A stretch of DNA of 64,000 nucleotides from a virus, in the IMG/VR virus record IMGVR_UViG_3300037261_000033, positions 1 to 64,000 of that record; one strand, 5' to 3'. Positions within the stretch are counted from its first letter, which is position 1, and every line of letters starts with the position of its first letter. Under the pieces are notes generated by a model. It saw only the letters and a program-made list of their open reading frames with translations. It ran no database searches and had not been told where the DNA came from. Below are positions 1 to 10,000 of the stretch, piece after piece. Both the position numbers and the translations under genes were made by a program.

Positions 1-144
1 GGCTACCGTGTAAACCGTTGCGTCCGGCGCGACCAGCGAGAACCACGACGCGCCCGCGACAACTTGCGTCCAATCACAGTTAACGTCACCGATGACGCGC
101 GCGCTGCCGCTCGTGACCGTGACCGTTCCAATTTTCAGTTGCAT
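1..144 (-). CDS. Tail fibre/spike protein, N-terminal part (runs off window)
   Basis: Read by hand: ATG at 144, 1 nt after the J stop; MQLKIGTVTVTSGSARVIGDVNCDWTQVV... resembles the 'GTVTVTxGSxxVxG' N-terminus of siphophage tail fibres. Confidence 0.65.
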   Translation of the reverse strand, partial: MQLKIGTVTVTSGSARVIGDVNCDWTQVVAGASWFSLVAPDATVYTVA

Positions 145-145
145 T

Positions 146-3100
146 TTAAGGAGGAAGATGGCCGCCGCCGCCCGGCGCGCCCGGAGTCTGTGACACCGTG
201 TAATCCGCGCTAGTTACCGCGCTGTCCGTCCATCCTGATTTGTAAGCTAGGACTGATATTCTCCATCGTCCCGCTGTCATCGAGAAGATAGCGCTTGCGC
301 CAGTGATGCGAATTGTTCCCCCAGTTGCATTCGGCGGCGTAGCTCCGTCGTGCGTCGGCGTTGCGGGAGCCGAGCCGTTGGTGGTCTTGGTATAGAACAT
401 ATAATCAGCAGCCGTAGGCGTTGAGATTGTTACGTCCTGTGTTCCGTCGGTGGTTTGGTAAATCCCCGGCACTGGTGAAAAACTTGGAGCAACGACGTTC
501 GTAGCTACTTGCGTGAATACCCACGTAGTGATCGGCCCCATGAAACCTAAATAGAAAGCAGCCGCCTTGACCGTCACTGCGCCGCCGCTCGCGTCAACGT
601 TGAACAGGCTTGCGTAAAGCGCGCTAGAAGCCATAGGTGCCGATCCGTCCGTCGTGTATCGGATTTGCACGTTAGGCGATGGGCAAGCCAAGCTCACGCT
701 GACAATCCCCGGCACGTTCCCGCCCGCTGGCGATGCGACACAAGCGAGAAGATCATTACTGATCGCACTGAGTGGTATTGGAGGTGTTCCGGCATTAGCC
801 GGATTCTGCATCAACATTTGATAGGTTTGGTTCCCGATTGCAGTTCCGCCCGCATAAGCCGTCTTGTTCCCAAAAACATCCTCGCAATCGCAGAAAAAGG
901 CGAAAGTTCCTCCCATCCGCAGATTCCCGAAGTCAACCGTGATCTGTTTTCCGCTCGAAGCCGCCACGGTTCGAAAATCAGAGCTCCCGTAGCTGTCTCG
1001 GTAAAAATTGACCTTCGCCAAACTCGGATCAATGGGGCAAGTGCATGACAGCGTTGCGTATCCCGGTCCCGGCGTAACCACTGGATTAAGGGGCGCGCCC
1101 GGAGCGTTCTTAGTCACCGTGAATTTCGCTTCCGCCGACAAGTTGTTGAAGGAGTCGAGAATCTTGACGCCTATCGTGAAGCTCGAAAACGGCGCGCCCG
1201 TAACCAGTGAACGTTTGTTCGCTTCTAAAGTAAAGTTGTAGCGCGGCGCAGAAAGAAGAACTGGGTCTTGAATTACTGTAACGCCGTCCGCCTTATACAT
1301 CGTCACAACGAACGCCTGAAAGAACGGGTCAAACCTTCCCCCCAACAACCCTGTTGGATCAGGGCCGCCAAGATCAGCATTCCACGTAGGGGAATTGATT
1401 CGCCATCCAAACTCGACATCCGGCGTTCCGAAGGTCGCGGTACTTCCCTGCCCTACAATCTCAAGACCGCTGACAGTTGCGCCAGCCAACGGGTTCTCCC
1501 CGAATAGAACGGTGTATCCCGGTTGGGTTCCAGTTATCACGTTCCCTGATCCAGCCGAACCAGTTCCGCCCGTGCATCCCGTGAACTGCGTAGCCGTTTT
1601 CCCGGTGTAAGTTATTAACTGTTGACTCCCGCCCGAAGTATTGATGTAAAATGAGCCTGCTATTGGGAATCCATCAGTGTCCGCCGAAACGGTTCCCGCA
1701 GGAAGCGTCACTGGCACGTCCAACGCCGTCACTGGATAAACCAGAACCGGCGTGCTGGTTTTCCCAAAGTTGTTTATCGCTACGACGCTGACTTCATAGA
1801 AGCCGGGGATCGCCCCGACGATGATATTCTCCGTCGCGGGACTCTCCGGCAACGCCACCCAATTCCCGCTGTTAAAACGGTAGGCAACGCGATAACCGCG
1901 TAGCCATTTGTCTTGGCTCTTTATCCAAGAAATGTGCAAGTCGCGGCTGACTCCCGTCGCGTCGTTCACGGCGACTTGATCTATCACCACCGCGCCCGGC
2001 GCCAAGACTTGTCCTGCTGATGGGAACGAGTAGGTGGGAGGAGTGATCAGCGCCGCGTCATCATCAATATGGTCGTAGAGGCTGGCGTTGTATTGCAGCG
2101 CGACTACCGAGACAGTCGCATTATCCTTCGGTGTAACGTTGAGGATACGGAATAGCTCTGGAACAACATCATCGTTCGCCAGTTGCCACAGCCCTCCTAC
2201 TTCCGGCAGGTTAGCCATAGCCGCCACACTGATCGTCGTCGTGTCTCCAACTCCATTTGTGGCTTGCACCGCGATTACCTTACTTTTCAAGGTCGGGTCT
2301 GGTTCCGCAGAGTCGAGATAGGTGAATGCGATGTAATAGGTTTTCCCGGCTTCAATGGTAACCGAGCGATCTAGTGTTATCAGCGTCGAGGTGCGCGCCA
2401 GTATCCGCCCCGACCAACCACGTCCCGACCTGAACGGGTTCGTGATCTGCGCTATCCAGCCGGGCCTGCACCTGAATCCTTCCGCGCCAGTATCGAAGCT
2501 CACCGTGTCGGTGAGAAGCTGCTCCGCCGCCAGCATCCAGCGCCCCGTTCTGCGCGCCGCCATCTGGCTCGTGCAGCCCATGTTCGTAACGATCAGCGCG
2601 TTATATCCGTACTTCAGGATGGCGTCTCCGTCTTCGACTCCTTCTACCGTCGCCTGCCCGAAGTTATTGTTGTCGTTCCACGTTACCTGCGCCGCCGTGT
2701 GCCGCGCTTTACGCGCCGTCCCGCTGTAAAGAAACACGCCGTTGATGACGTTCGTTGGACCAAACTGAATATCAGGCGTTCTCGGACTATCCTGAATCGG
2801 CTCCAAAACTCCGTTCGCAAAGTAGTGCATCCCGCGAAAGATCGTCGCCATGTCGGTTAACACCTTCATCGCGTCCTCTTTTTTCTGTAGGTAGAGGTTA
2901 CACATGAAGCGCGGCTCGAATCCGCCATGTCCGTCCGGCACGCCGTTCTTTCCTGTCACGCTGTCATAATCATCGGTTGAGCCACCCGGTCGTGCGTTCC
3001 TCGCATCGGAGTACTTCGCGATGTTATAGAGCGCCCATTTATTGAGGCTGCCTTCCGGCATGTACGGCCCAAGGCCGTAGCGCATGTGCGAATCCATATC

Positions 3101-4300
3101 GTAGTAGCACCACGCCGGGTTATTCGTCCAAGCGTACTTGAACGTCCCATCCCATGTGTTGCTAGGCGACACCCCGCGCGCCGCCGCCGTTCCCGAAGGG
3201 GAATATGATTCGTCGTACGTTCGCGCAATCGGGTCGTAGTTCTTTGGCACCCGGATGATCAGGCCCATCATAAAGTAGGCGCGCGTCGGAATGCTCCCGA
3301 ACTGCACTGCGTCAATCTTGAAGGCCACTAGCGACGTGTTCGGATAGCGCAGCTTCCCGTAGGTGATCTGTGAATAGCTCACCACGTAAGTTTTGTTTTG
3401 CAGGGTGCTCGGCGTCGCGCTATCTGGCGTTATGCGGGTCACGCGTATGTCCCACGGCGCTGGCAGCCCGGACAAGTCCAACCGATAACTTCTGTTGTAC
3501 GGGTTCGTCGCCTTCCCGGTGATCGTATCATTAACGACCGGGACAAAAACGGAGCCGCCCAAGTTTGCGGCGGCTTTGATCTCGATCTTGATTTGAACGC
3601 TCGTTCCAGAGATGTCTCCGTTGTTGTTTACGTTGATGCTTCGCATCTGTGGAAACACCATGTCGATTCGCACCGCGTCGATGCTCGAATCCGAAATTCG
3701 TTGCGTCCAAGGGCCGATGAAAATACTCACCTCTACGCCGCTGCCGCCGCCGACCGGGACTATGCTTTCCGCTGCCTCGAACCCCGGCACATAACTTTGG
3801 TCTTGCGCGCCATCGAGGAAAAAGAAATCGAAGTTCGTGTAGTTGAGTGAGCCACCTAACGACCACTTTTTTGCGGAGCCTGACGCCACCGCGAGGTTGG
3901 ATAATACCAACGTGCGCGCGTCCGTCACCGCCGTTATCGTGGTGTTCGGCGGAAAGTTCTCTACCGCGATCCCAAGCCCGACCATGCCGCTGGTGAAATG
4001 GTCTGCTGACGTGGTTAGGGCTGGAGTATTAACAACTGTAGTTCCGTCGGCAAATACAGCCGTATCACTGTTCTCAATCGGCGTTCCAGACAGCGCCACG
4101 CATCGCAATGGGTGAAGCGGGTCGGCGAACCCGAGTATCTGTCCTTCGGACAATACGTCGATCAGGTTCGCGAGTTGCCGAGACGTTAAGCTGTCCGTGT
4201 CTTCGTGCGCGGCTGTCGCGCCGCTGCCGCTCTTTGTGCCGGAGCCTCTGACAGAGATTCCACTGACTCTTTCGAGTCTCCGTTTCTTTTGCCGGGTCAT
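146..4300 (-). CDS. J: Central tail fibre / tip attachment protein (lambda J-like) with FN3 and two C-terminal chitobiase/CHB_HEX_C-like Ig domains
   Basis: J motifs DVLSEGQI, YPNTSLV, WDGTFKYAWTNNPAW, EPRFMCN; C-terminal IRYTTDGSAP-type domains; ATG at 4300 preferred over TTG at 4309. Confidence 0.93.
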   Translation of the reverse strand: MTRQKKRRLERVSGISVRGSGTKSGSGATAAHEDTDSLTSRQLANLIDVLSEGQILGFADPLHPLRCVALSGTPIENSDTAVFADGTTVVNTPALTTSADHFTSGMVGLGIAVENFPPNTTITAVTDARTLVLSNLAVASGSAKKWSLGGSLNYTNFDFFFLDGAQDQSYVPGFEAAESIVPVGGGSGVEVSIFIGPWTQRISDSSIDAVRIDMVFPQMRSINVNNNGDISGTSVQIKIEIKAAANLGGSVFVPVVNDTITGKATNPYNRSYRLDLSGLPAPWDIRVTRITPDSATPSTLQNKTYVVSYSQITYGKLRYPNTSLVAFKIDAVQFGSIPTRAYFMMGLIIRVPKNYDPIARTYDESYSPSGTAAARGVSPSNTWDGTFKYAWTNNPAWCYYDMDSHMRYGLGPYMPEGSLNKWALYNIAKYSDARNARPGGSTDDYDSVTGKNGVPDGHGGFEPRFMCNLYLQKKEDAMKVLTDMATIFRGMHYFANGVLEPIQDSPRTPDIQFGPTNVINGVFLYSGTARKARHTAAQVTWNDNNNFGQATVEGVEDGDAILKYGYNALIVTNMGCTSQMAARRTGRWMLAAEQLLTDTVSFDTGAEGFRCRPGWIAQITNPFRSGRGWSGRILARTSTLITLDRSVTIEAGKTYYIAFTYLDSAEPDPTLKSKVIAVQATNGVGDTTTISVAAMANLPEVGGLWQLANDDVVPELFRILNVTPKDNATVSVVALQYNASLYDHIDDDAALITPPTYSFPSAGQVLAPGAVVIDQVAVNDATGVSRDLHISWIKSQDKWLRGYRVAYRFNSGNWVALPESPATENIIVGAIPGFYEVSVVAINNFGKTSTPVLVYPVTALDVPVTLPAGTVSADTDGFPIAGSFYINTSGGSQQLITYTGKTATQFTGCTGGTGSAGSGNVITGTQPGYTVLFGENPLAGATVSGLEIVGQGSTATFGTPDVEFGWRINSPTWNADLGGPDPTGLLGGRFDPFFQAFVVTMYKADGVTVIQDPVLLSAPRYNFTLEANKRSLVTGAPFSSFTIGVKILDSFNNLSAEAKFTVTKNAPGAPLNPVVTPGPGYATLSCTCPIDPSLAKVNFYRDSYGSSDFRTVAASSGKQITVDFGNLRMGGTFAFFCDCEDVFGNKTAYAGGTAIGNQTYQMLMQNPANAGTPPIPLSAISNDLLACVASPAGGNVPGIVSVSLACPSPNVQIRYTTDGSAPMASSALYASLFNVDASGGAVTVKAAAFYLGFMGPITTWVFTQVATNVVAPSFSPVPGIYQTTDGTQDVTISTPTAADYMFYTKTTNGSAPATPTHDGATPPNATGGTIRITGASAIFSMTAGRWRISVLAYKSGWTDSAVTSADYTVSQTPGAPGGGGHLPP

Positions 4301-4312
4301 GGCCTTCAAGTG

Positions 4313-4981
4313 TTACGGCACAAAACGCTGAGAGGTTATCGGTTGCCCCTCAATAGGGCCGACATTGGAAGTCGTGTTCGGAAATGGATTAGGTGACGTG
4401 CTCCCGGTAGTGATGTCCACGTTTTCGTAACCGGCGCTCACGACGTAGCTGCCGATCCAGAGCGGCCCTCCGTACAAGCACGGAACGCACTCGCCCTCAC
4501 CTATCGTATTGACCACGTTCGAAAATTGGTAGCTTGGTCTTTGAGCGCTAGCTGGCGTAGTCGTGTTTGGAGTCGGAGAAAGAAGTGTGGCAACGCCTCC
4601 GAGCACCAAACTGATGCCCATGCCGATTAAGAAAGGACTAGCAACCCCGAGGGGCGTTCCCGAGAGTAATATACCGGCGGCGATTAACACAACTCCGGCG
4701 ATGACTTCAATCCATCCCTTGGAGTTTCCACTCCCGCGTACGACCGGCGTGATCGTGATCTGTTTCCCTCCCGTTGGAAATTGAAGCAGCCCTGCCCCGA
4801 TCTGTTTCTTTCCCACCTTGACGCCAAAATCCACGTCGCGCATTGAGAGGATTGCGTCGGCGAATCCCGGTCGAAGATGATTGATCGCGTTTACCGCTTG
4901 CGCCGGTGTATTAACGTCAAGTCGCCAGTTGCGCCCGAAACGCTTTCCGAGAGAACCATAGAGCAAAACGGTCGTGACCAT
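4313..4981 (-). CDS. I: Tail assembly protein (lambda I-like)
   Basis: LYGSLGKRFGR N-terminus, hydrophobic Gly-rich centre, SYQFSNVVNT..G..VP.LYG; between K and J. Confidence 0.9.
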   Translation of the reverse strand: MVTTVLLYGSLGKRFGRNWRLDVNTPAQAVNAINHLRPGFADAILSMRDVDFGVKVGKKQIGAGLLQFPTGGKQITITPVVRGSGNSKGWIEVIAGVVLIAAGILLSGTPLGVASPFLIGMGISLVLGGVATLLSPTPNTTTPASAQRPSYQFSNVVNTIGEGECVPCLYGGPLWIGSYVVSAGYENVDITTGSTSPNPFPNTTSNVGPIEGQPITSQRFVP

Positions 4982-4991
4982 GCCTGCTCTT

Positions 4992-5825
4992 CTACATCAA
5001 AGCGCGGTGTCTGACAATCTTATCCACCATCCGCGCGTAACCATGCCCGTCCAAGTAAGGATCGATCTTGCTAATTCTTCCGGGCAAGTGATGGAGTATC
5101 TGGCCGTCGCCTAAATAGACGGCGGCGTGCGCGGGAACGGGCGTGCGCGGTAATTGGATCAATAGCACGTCGTGCTTACGCAGGTCGCTTACTTCCACGA
5201 ATCCCGCTTTCTTAAAGTTGTCGAGGTAGAGGTTCTTTCCTTTCATCCACCATTCGTCTTCGCGCTCGAAGTCCGGCAGGACGATCTTTAATTCTTTCTC
5301 GTAATAATCTCGAATGATCGCCCAACAATCGAGAATCCCGTGGACGAATGGCCGCCCGATCAACTCCGCCTTCCAACCTTTCGGGCTGTAGAAGTCCCAC
5401 GCATCCGCAGGCCAGCCGACTATCAGGAACGGTAGATGTTTCGCTTCCGATTCTGTCTTGTCTCCCGGCGACGGCACGGGCGGTTCATTCACGTGGCTAT
5501 GGTAAACGGCGATTATCTCCCATCCTTTGTCTTCCACTTTCCGCCACGCCTTCGGACATGTCCTGAACGCTCTATGCCGCTCCCGTGATAGGTTCGGTGA
5601 ACGGAACGCCCGCTGACGCTTCCCGTCCGTTGCGATGAATCCGCATACTTCCTGCGGCGGCTTATTCCCCTCAAATCCTTCCCGCGCGTGCGCTCGTATC
5701 TCTTCGCGTACTGAATCGATTATCTGACTGCCTTGTAATGTCCGTTTTTTGGCGTCCGTTAACCTTTCGGTCGCTTTCTGAACGGCTGCCCGTCTCTTCT
5801 TGCCTGCCGTGCTGGTTTTAGGCAT
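4992..5825 (-). CDS. K: Tail tip assembly protein (lambda K-like; JAB + NlpC/P60)
   Basis: EVCG and YHSH...PSPGD (JAB); GRPFVHGILDCW and HAAVYLGDGQILHH (NlpC/P60). Confidence 0.93.
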   Translation of the reverse strand: MPKTSTAGKKRRAAVQKATERLTDAKKRTLQGSQIIDSVREEIRAHAREGFEGNKPPQEVCGFIATDGKRQRAFRSPNLSRERHRAFRTCPKAWRKVEDKGWEIIAVYHSHVNEPPVPSPGDKTESEAKHLPFLIVGWPADAWDFYSPKGWKAELIGRPFVHGILDCWAIIRDYYEKELKIVLPDFEREDEWWMKGKNLYLDNFKKAGFVEVSDLRKHDVLLIQLPRTPVPAHAAVYLGDGQILHHLPGRISKIDPYLDGHGYARMVDKIVRHRALM

Positions 5826-5835
5826 AGACGGTCGT

Positions 5836-6672
5836 TTATAGGATTCCCGGTATTTTTGAGGCTCCGGGAAAAAAACCTCCGGGCAAAGGATTTGTCGCGC
5901 CGAACCTCGCCTTGCACGCGCTCACGCTTTTCGCGCAAGCGTCCCGCGTCCATTTCGTTATGTCGGCCAGCGCGGAGGTGTTCCCGTCCGCCAACGACAC
6001 GTAGTAAACCCGGATGCCGTTCACCATCACGTAAACGTAATCATGGTTCGCGTAGGTCGTTGCGGAATTGTAAGCTCCGCGATCCGTTATCGCAGTAAGC
6101 GCGTTCTCGCGCGCATCCTGAACTGGCGGCCCCGTGTAGGTGCATTCCGCGCCTCGATAAAGCCACGGACAGTATCCGGCCAGCACTTGCCGCCGTGGAA
6201 GTGATACGCCTTCCGAGTCGAACAGTGTTGCTAACTCGAATTGAATAACCGTACTCGACTCGGACGCTTTGCGGTCGATCACGTAAATGTCCGGTGTGTA
6301 TTCCTGATAATTTCCGGGTGAACCCGGTTCGGCCCCGTCATCCAAATAATCTCGGTATGTCCTATGCCTTATTAGTTTGCAGCCGACGAAATCTCCGTAC
6401 TGCCGGAGCAGCGCCGTCACTACCCCATTGATGTTGCCAACCGATATGATCGGACGCGGCAACGTTCCCTTCGTATTCCAATCCCATCCGCTCGACTGGA
6501 TAGGCCACGGATTGTAGACGTTCGTTTGAAACGTGAACACGTTCGCCCCCCGGTCAGTGTAGGGATGAAGATAAAGAATGTCCCCGCCGTAGAGCGACAC
6601 GTCGAGGTCGTATAGCTCCATCAGTACTCCCGGCGTCGATAACCGGCTGCGCTCGTCAACCGTGGTGCTCAT
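5836..6672 (-). CDS. L: Minor tail protein L
   Basis: PRRQ..CPWLYRGAECTY and DACAKSVSACKARFG...GGFFPG cysteine cluster. Confidence 0.93.
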   Translation of the reverse strand: MSTTVDERSRLSTPGVLMELYDLDVSLYGGDILYLHPYTDRGANVFTFQTNVYNPWPIQSSGWDWNTKGTLPRPIISVGNINGVVTALLRQYGDFVGCKLIRHRTYRDYLDDGAEPGSPGNYQEYTPDIYVIDRKASESSTVIQFELATLFDSEGVSLPRRQVLAGYCPWLYRGAECTYTGPPVQDARENALTAITDRGAYNSATTYANHDYVYVMVNGIRVYYVSLADGNTSALADITKWTRDACAKSVSACKARFGATNPLPGGFFPGASKIPGIL

Positions 6673-7022
6673 ACCGCTGGCCGCTGCGAGAATGTAGCTT
6701 TTAAATTAACGACGTTTGCACCCTGATAAACCCAATCCCATGTCCCGATGACTCGAAATACTTTTGGCCCTTCAACGTCGTAAGGCCAGAGCGCCGTCCA
6801 TAAAAACCGCTGGCCTACGTGCGCTTCGAAGAAATCCGTGAATGTTTTCATCTGCGTCGTCGTGATGTTATTCCACTGCAACGGCCAATCCCGCTGCGCT
6901 GGCATAGGGCCGTCCTGCGTACTCTGCTCGTAGCCTTCGCCAAACTGCGCTACTAACTCTCGCGGAGTAACGGTAGCGCCGCTCTGGATGCTCGGCGCTG
7001 GCGTTGCCGGGAATGTGTCCAT
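6669..7022 (-). CDS. M: Minor tail protein M
   Basis: AQFGEGYEQ...DG, FLWT; between tape measure and L. Confidence 0.88.
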   Translation of the reverse strand: MDTFPATPAPSIQSGATVTPRELVAQFGEGYEQSTQDGPMPAQRDWPLQWNNITTTQMKTFTDFFEAHVGQRFLWTALWPYDVEGPKVFRVIGTWDWVYQGANVVNLKATFSQRPAV

Positions 7023-7026
7023 AGAA

Positions 7027-10000
7027 TTACGCCGTCGCTCCGGTTTGAGAACGATACAACGAACCGCCGCGCCGCTTCTGCGTTTGGAGTGTCTGCAAGG
7101 CGATGTTACTCATCATCTGCGCTGCCTGCGCCCACTCTTCCTTAGTCATCCCGCCGCCGCTCGCGCTCGACCGCGCCGATTGACTTCCGTCCGCGTTATT
7201 CGTTACCGAGATACTGATACTGACGGGTGAGTTTCCTCCACTCATTCCCGCGCCGATTGCGGCCATCTGCCCTTGCGTGAACACGCCCTCGCCGGGCTGC
7301 GCGTTAATGGGCTGATTTACCGATCCGCCACCCGCGAGATATTGGAATCCGCCTTCCATTCCAACGATGCCGCCTGCATGAAACTTAGGCAGATGCGACA
7401 AATTAGACGGGCCTTGGAGAACCGGGCCAAAGCTGTTACCGCTGAATGTAGAACCCATTGAACGCTGCCCCGGTGTTTCTCGCGCCATGATCGCAGCGTT
7501 AAAGGCATCCGAGCCGCCGACGTTTGTGGATACCGTCGGGTCGCCCTGTTGCGGATGCGCGTTAGCCCACATTGAGGAATCGAACTTTCCGCGCGCGCCG
7601 AACTGCGCTGCGAAGACTCTCTCCTCATCATTTACAAAATTCCGGTTTGGATTGCCTCCATATCCGCCCCCGAGTAGAAAAGACTTAGTTGATGCGTCCA
7701 TGTTGGACGTGTAAAGCGATCCTGCTGACCAATCGTTAACGATTCCGGCCTGTCCCGTTCTGCTCCATACAGATTGTCCGGCATCGCCGCTCGTTCCGCC
7801 GCCCGGCGCAGCAGGAGACGGGCCGCCTAGAACCGGCTTGTCGGCATTCGCCGTGAATGAACCGTCGTTGTTCCATGTCCCTTGCGTGCCGTTAAACCAA
7901 TCGCGCCCCGGATTATTTTCGTATGTCGGGCCGTAATCAACGTGCGCGGCGAAATCTGGTGATGAAGGAATATTACCTAAGCTTGTATTACCAATATCTC
8001 GGAATGCTTGAATGTCCGGTTGACCGGAGCCGATTCCGCCCGTCTCGGTTGACTGAGGTGAATAGTCATTGTTGGCTCCGAAATCATAAAACGACGTATT
8101 CCCTGCCATCGTATTATCGTATGGGCCGTAAACGTCAGAACCGGACGGCAGTGAAAGGTTAATAGGGTCATAGCCGCCCTGTGGAATGCCGTAGCCTATT
8201 TGTCCTGAAATGCTATTCCCGGCCCAAAGCGTGTCTGCGTTACTAGCTACCCATGAGGCCGTCTCTCTGAGAAATGGATTTGTAGAAGTTCCGCCCGTTA
8301 GTCCCCACGGACTAACCGCCTGTCCGGTTGGCGGTTGAAAATCCATTGGCGGCCCCGGCTGATTCAAATCCATTTCTCCCGGTAATCCGCCGCCGTACGC
8401 GTCGCGCATTACCGCGTTGTAATGAGCTTGCTCTTCCGGTGTCATTCCACTGCCGGGTAAGAACCGTCTGTCACCCGGCGAAGTTGTCCACTCAATGTCG
8501 CTAGCTTTATGGACTCCGCTAGACTGACTGTTGCCGGGATCGTTCTGATTCCATACGTCCACTCTATTACTTAAACGGGGATTAGTGGTGTCCGTGAATC
8601 GCCCTGTAACTCCGCCTCTCGTTACTGTATCACCGTAGTGCGCTCCGTGAACTTGATCTGGTGATAAGGAGATGTCACCGGATTGATGGGGGTTCCCTTG
8701 ACTGTCGTAATACCCGTCACGCCACAGTAGGTATGGAAGACTGTTATGAGGTGCGTTTGGATTGCCTTCGTATGGCCCGAAGTTTGTGCGCTGAACTCCA
8801 CCGCCCGCCGTGAAATGAGCTACTCCCTGATTGTAGGTTGCGCCGCCCGTGCCGTGCTTCCAAGCGTCGAGAGCTTGAGTCCCGCCTGCGCGCGCTACGT
8901 CTTGCTTTGACAGCACGTATTCGCCGCCCGTTAGCATCGCTGGCACGTCATCCTTTGTCCCGCTGCCGCCATAGATAGGGCCACCCGTTGCCATGCCCGC
9001 GCCGCCGCCTGCACCTCCTCCACCTGATACGGTTGTGCCTCCCCCAACACCGAAGCCGCCCATCAAGAGCTTCAACAGATACTCGACCTCCATCTTGATG
9101 ATGATGCGCTCGATATCCTTGATGATCGACAACGCCATGTCAGTGAAGCCTTGCGAGACGCTCTTCGTTCCGTCGATGATGTCAGAAAGGCCGGTCGAAA
9201 TATCGTTGCTTAGTGCGTTCGCTATATCAGTGACGCCTTTCTCTACCGCTTGCTGCCAGTTACCGAACGCTGCTTTCGCTTTATCAAGTCCACGTAGGAT
9301 TGCATCAGTCGCGGATGCCGAACCATTCTTTATCGCCTCGTCAATCTCCTTGTTCTTCCGTTCTCTTTCTGCCTCTGCAACCGCTACTTGTCCGAGCGCT
9401 CCTAAATACGGTTCGAATTGAGATGGGTCGTAAAGTTCTTTGGCGGTAGAAGTCGTTAACTCCATGATGCGGCGCTCTTTTTCCGTCGTGTCCGTTACCT
9501 TCGATTCGATGATGTCGCGCTGCTGCCAGTAATCATTAATGATCGCTAGGTCTGTCTTGTATTTATCCCAGTCGCTGTCCTTAACTGGTTTTGCGATTTG
9601 ATTTAGCGGTGTATCACCGGCCTGCAATCCTCCGGCTCCAACCCCCGCCGTAGTTACATTAAACGGTTGTCGATTTAATATTCCGCCAATCAATTGATCT
9701 CCGAATGTTGGCGCTGGCTTCCAAATATTATCTAGCGCCTGTTTCAGTGTCGCCTTGTCCTGATCAAGTTTTGAAACGGCTCCCTTAGTGTAATCATCTG
9801 CTGCTTGTTTCCCGGTGTCTCCAGTTACGAACGCATTCCACATTCCCTTTAGCGCTCCCATAACCGGCGGCGTCTCATCCTTAACGGCTTTATCAAACCC
9901 GGCGCGCCAACCTTCCATCATGGTGTGCGTATCGCTTGTAAAGTCGATGCCTTTAATAATGGTGCTCCCTGACGCCGTAAACGCGCCGGAAATGGCGTCA

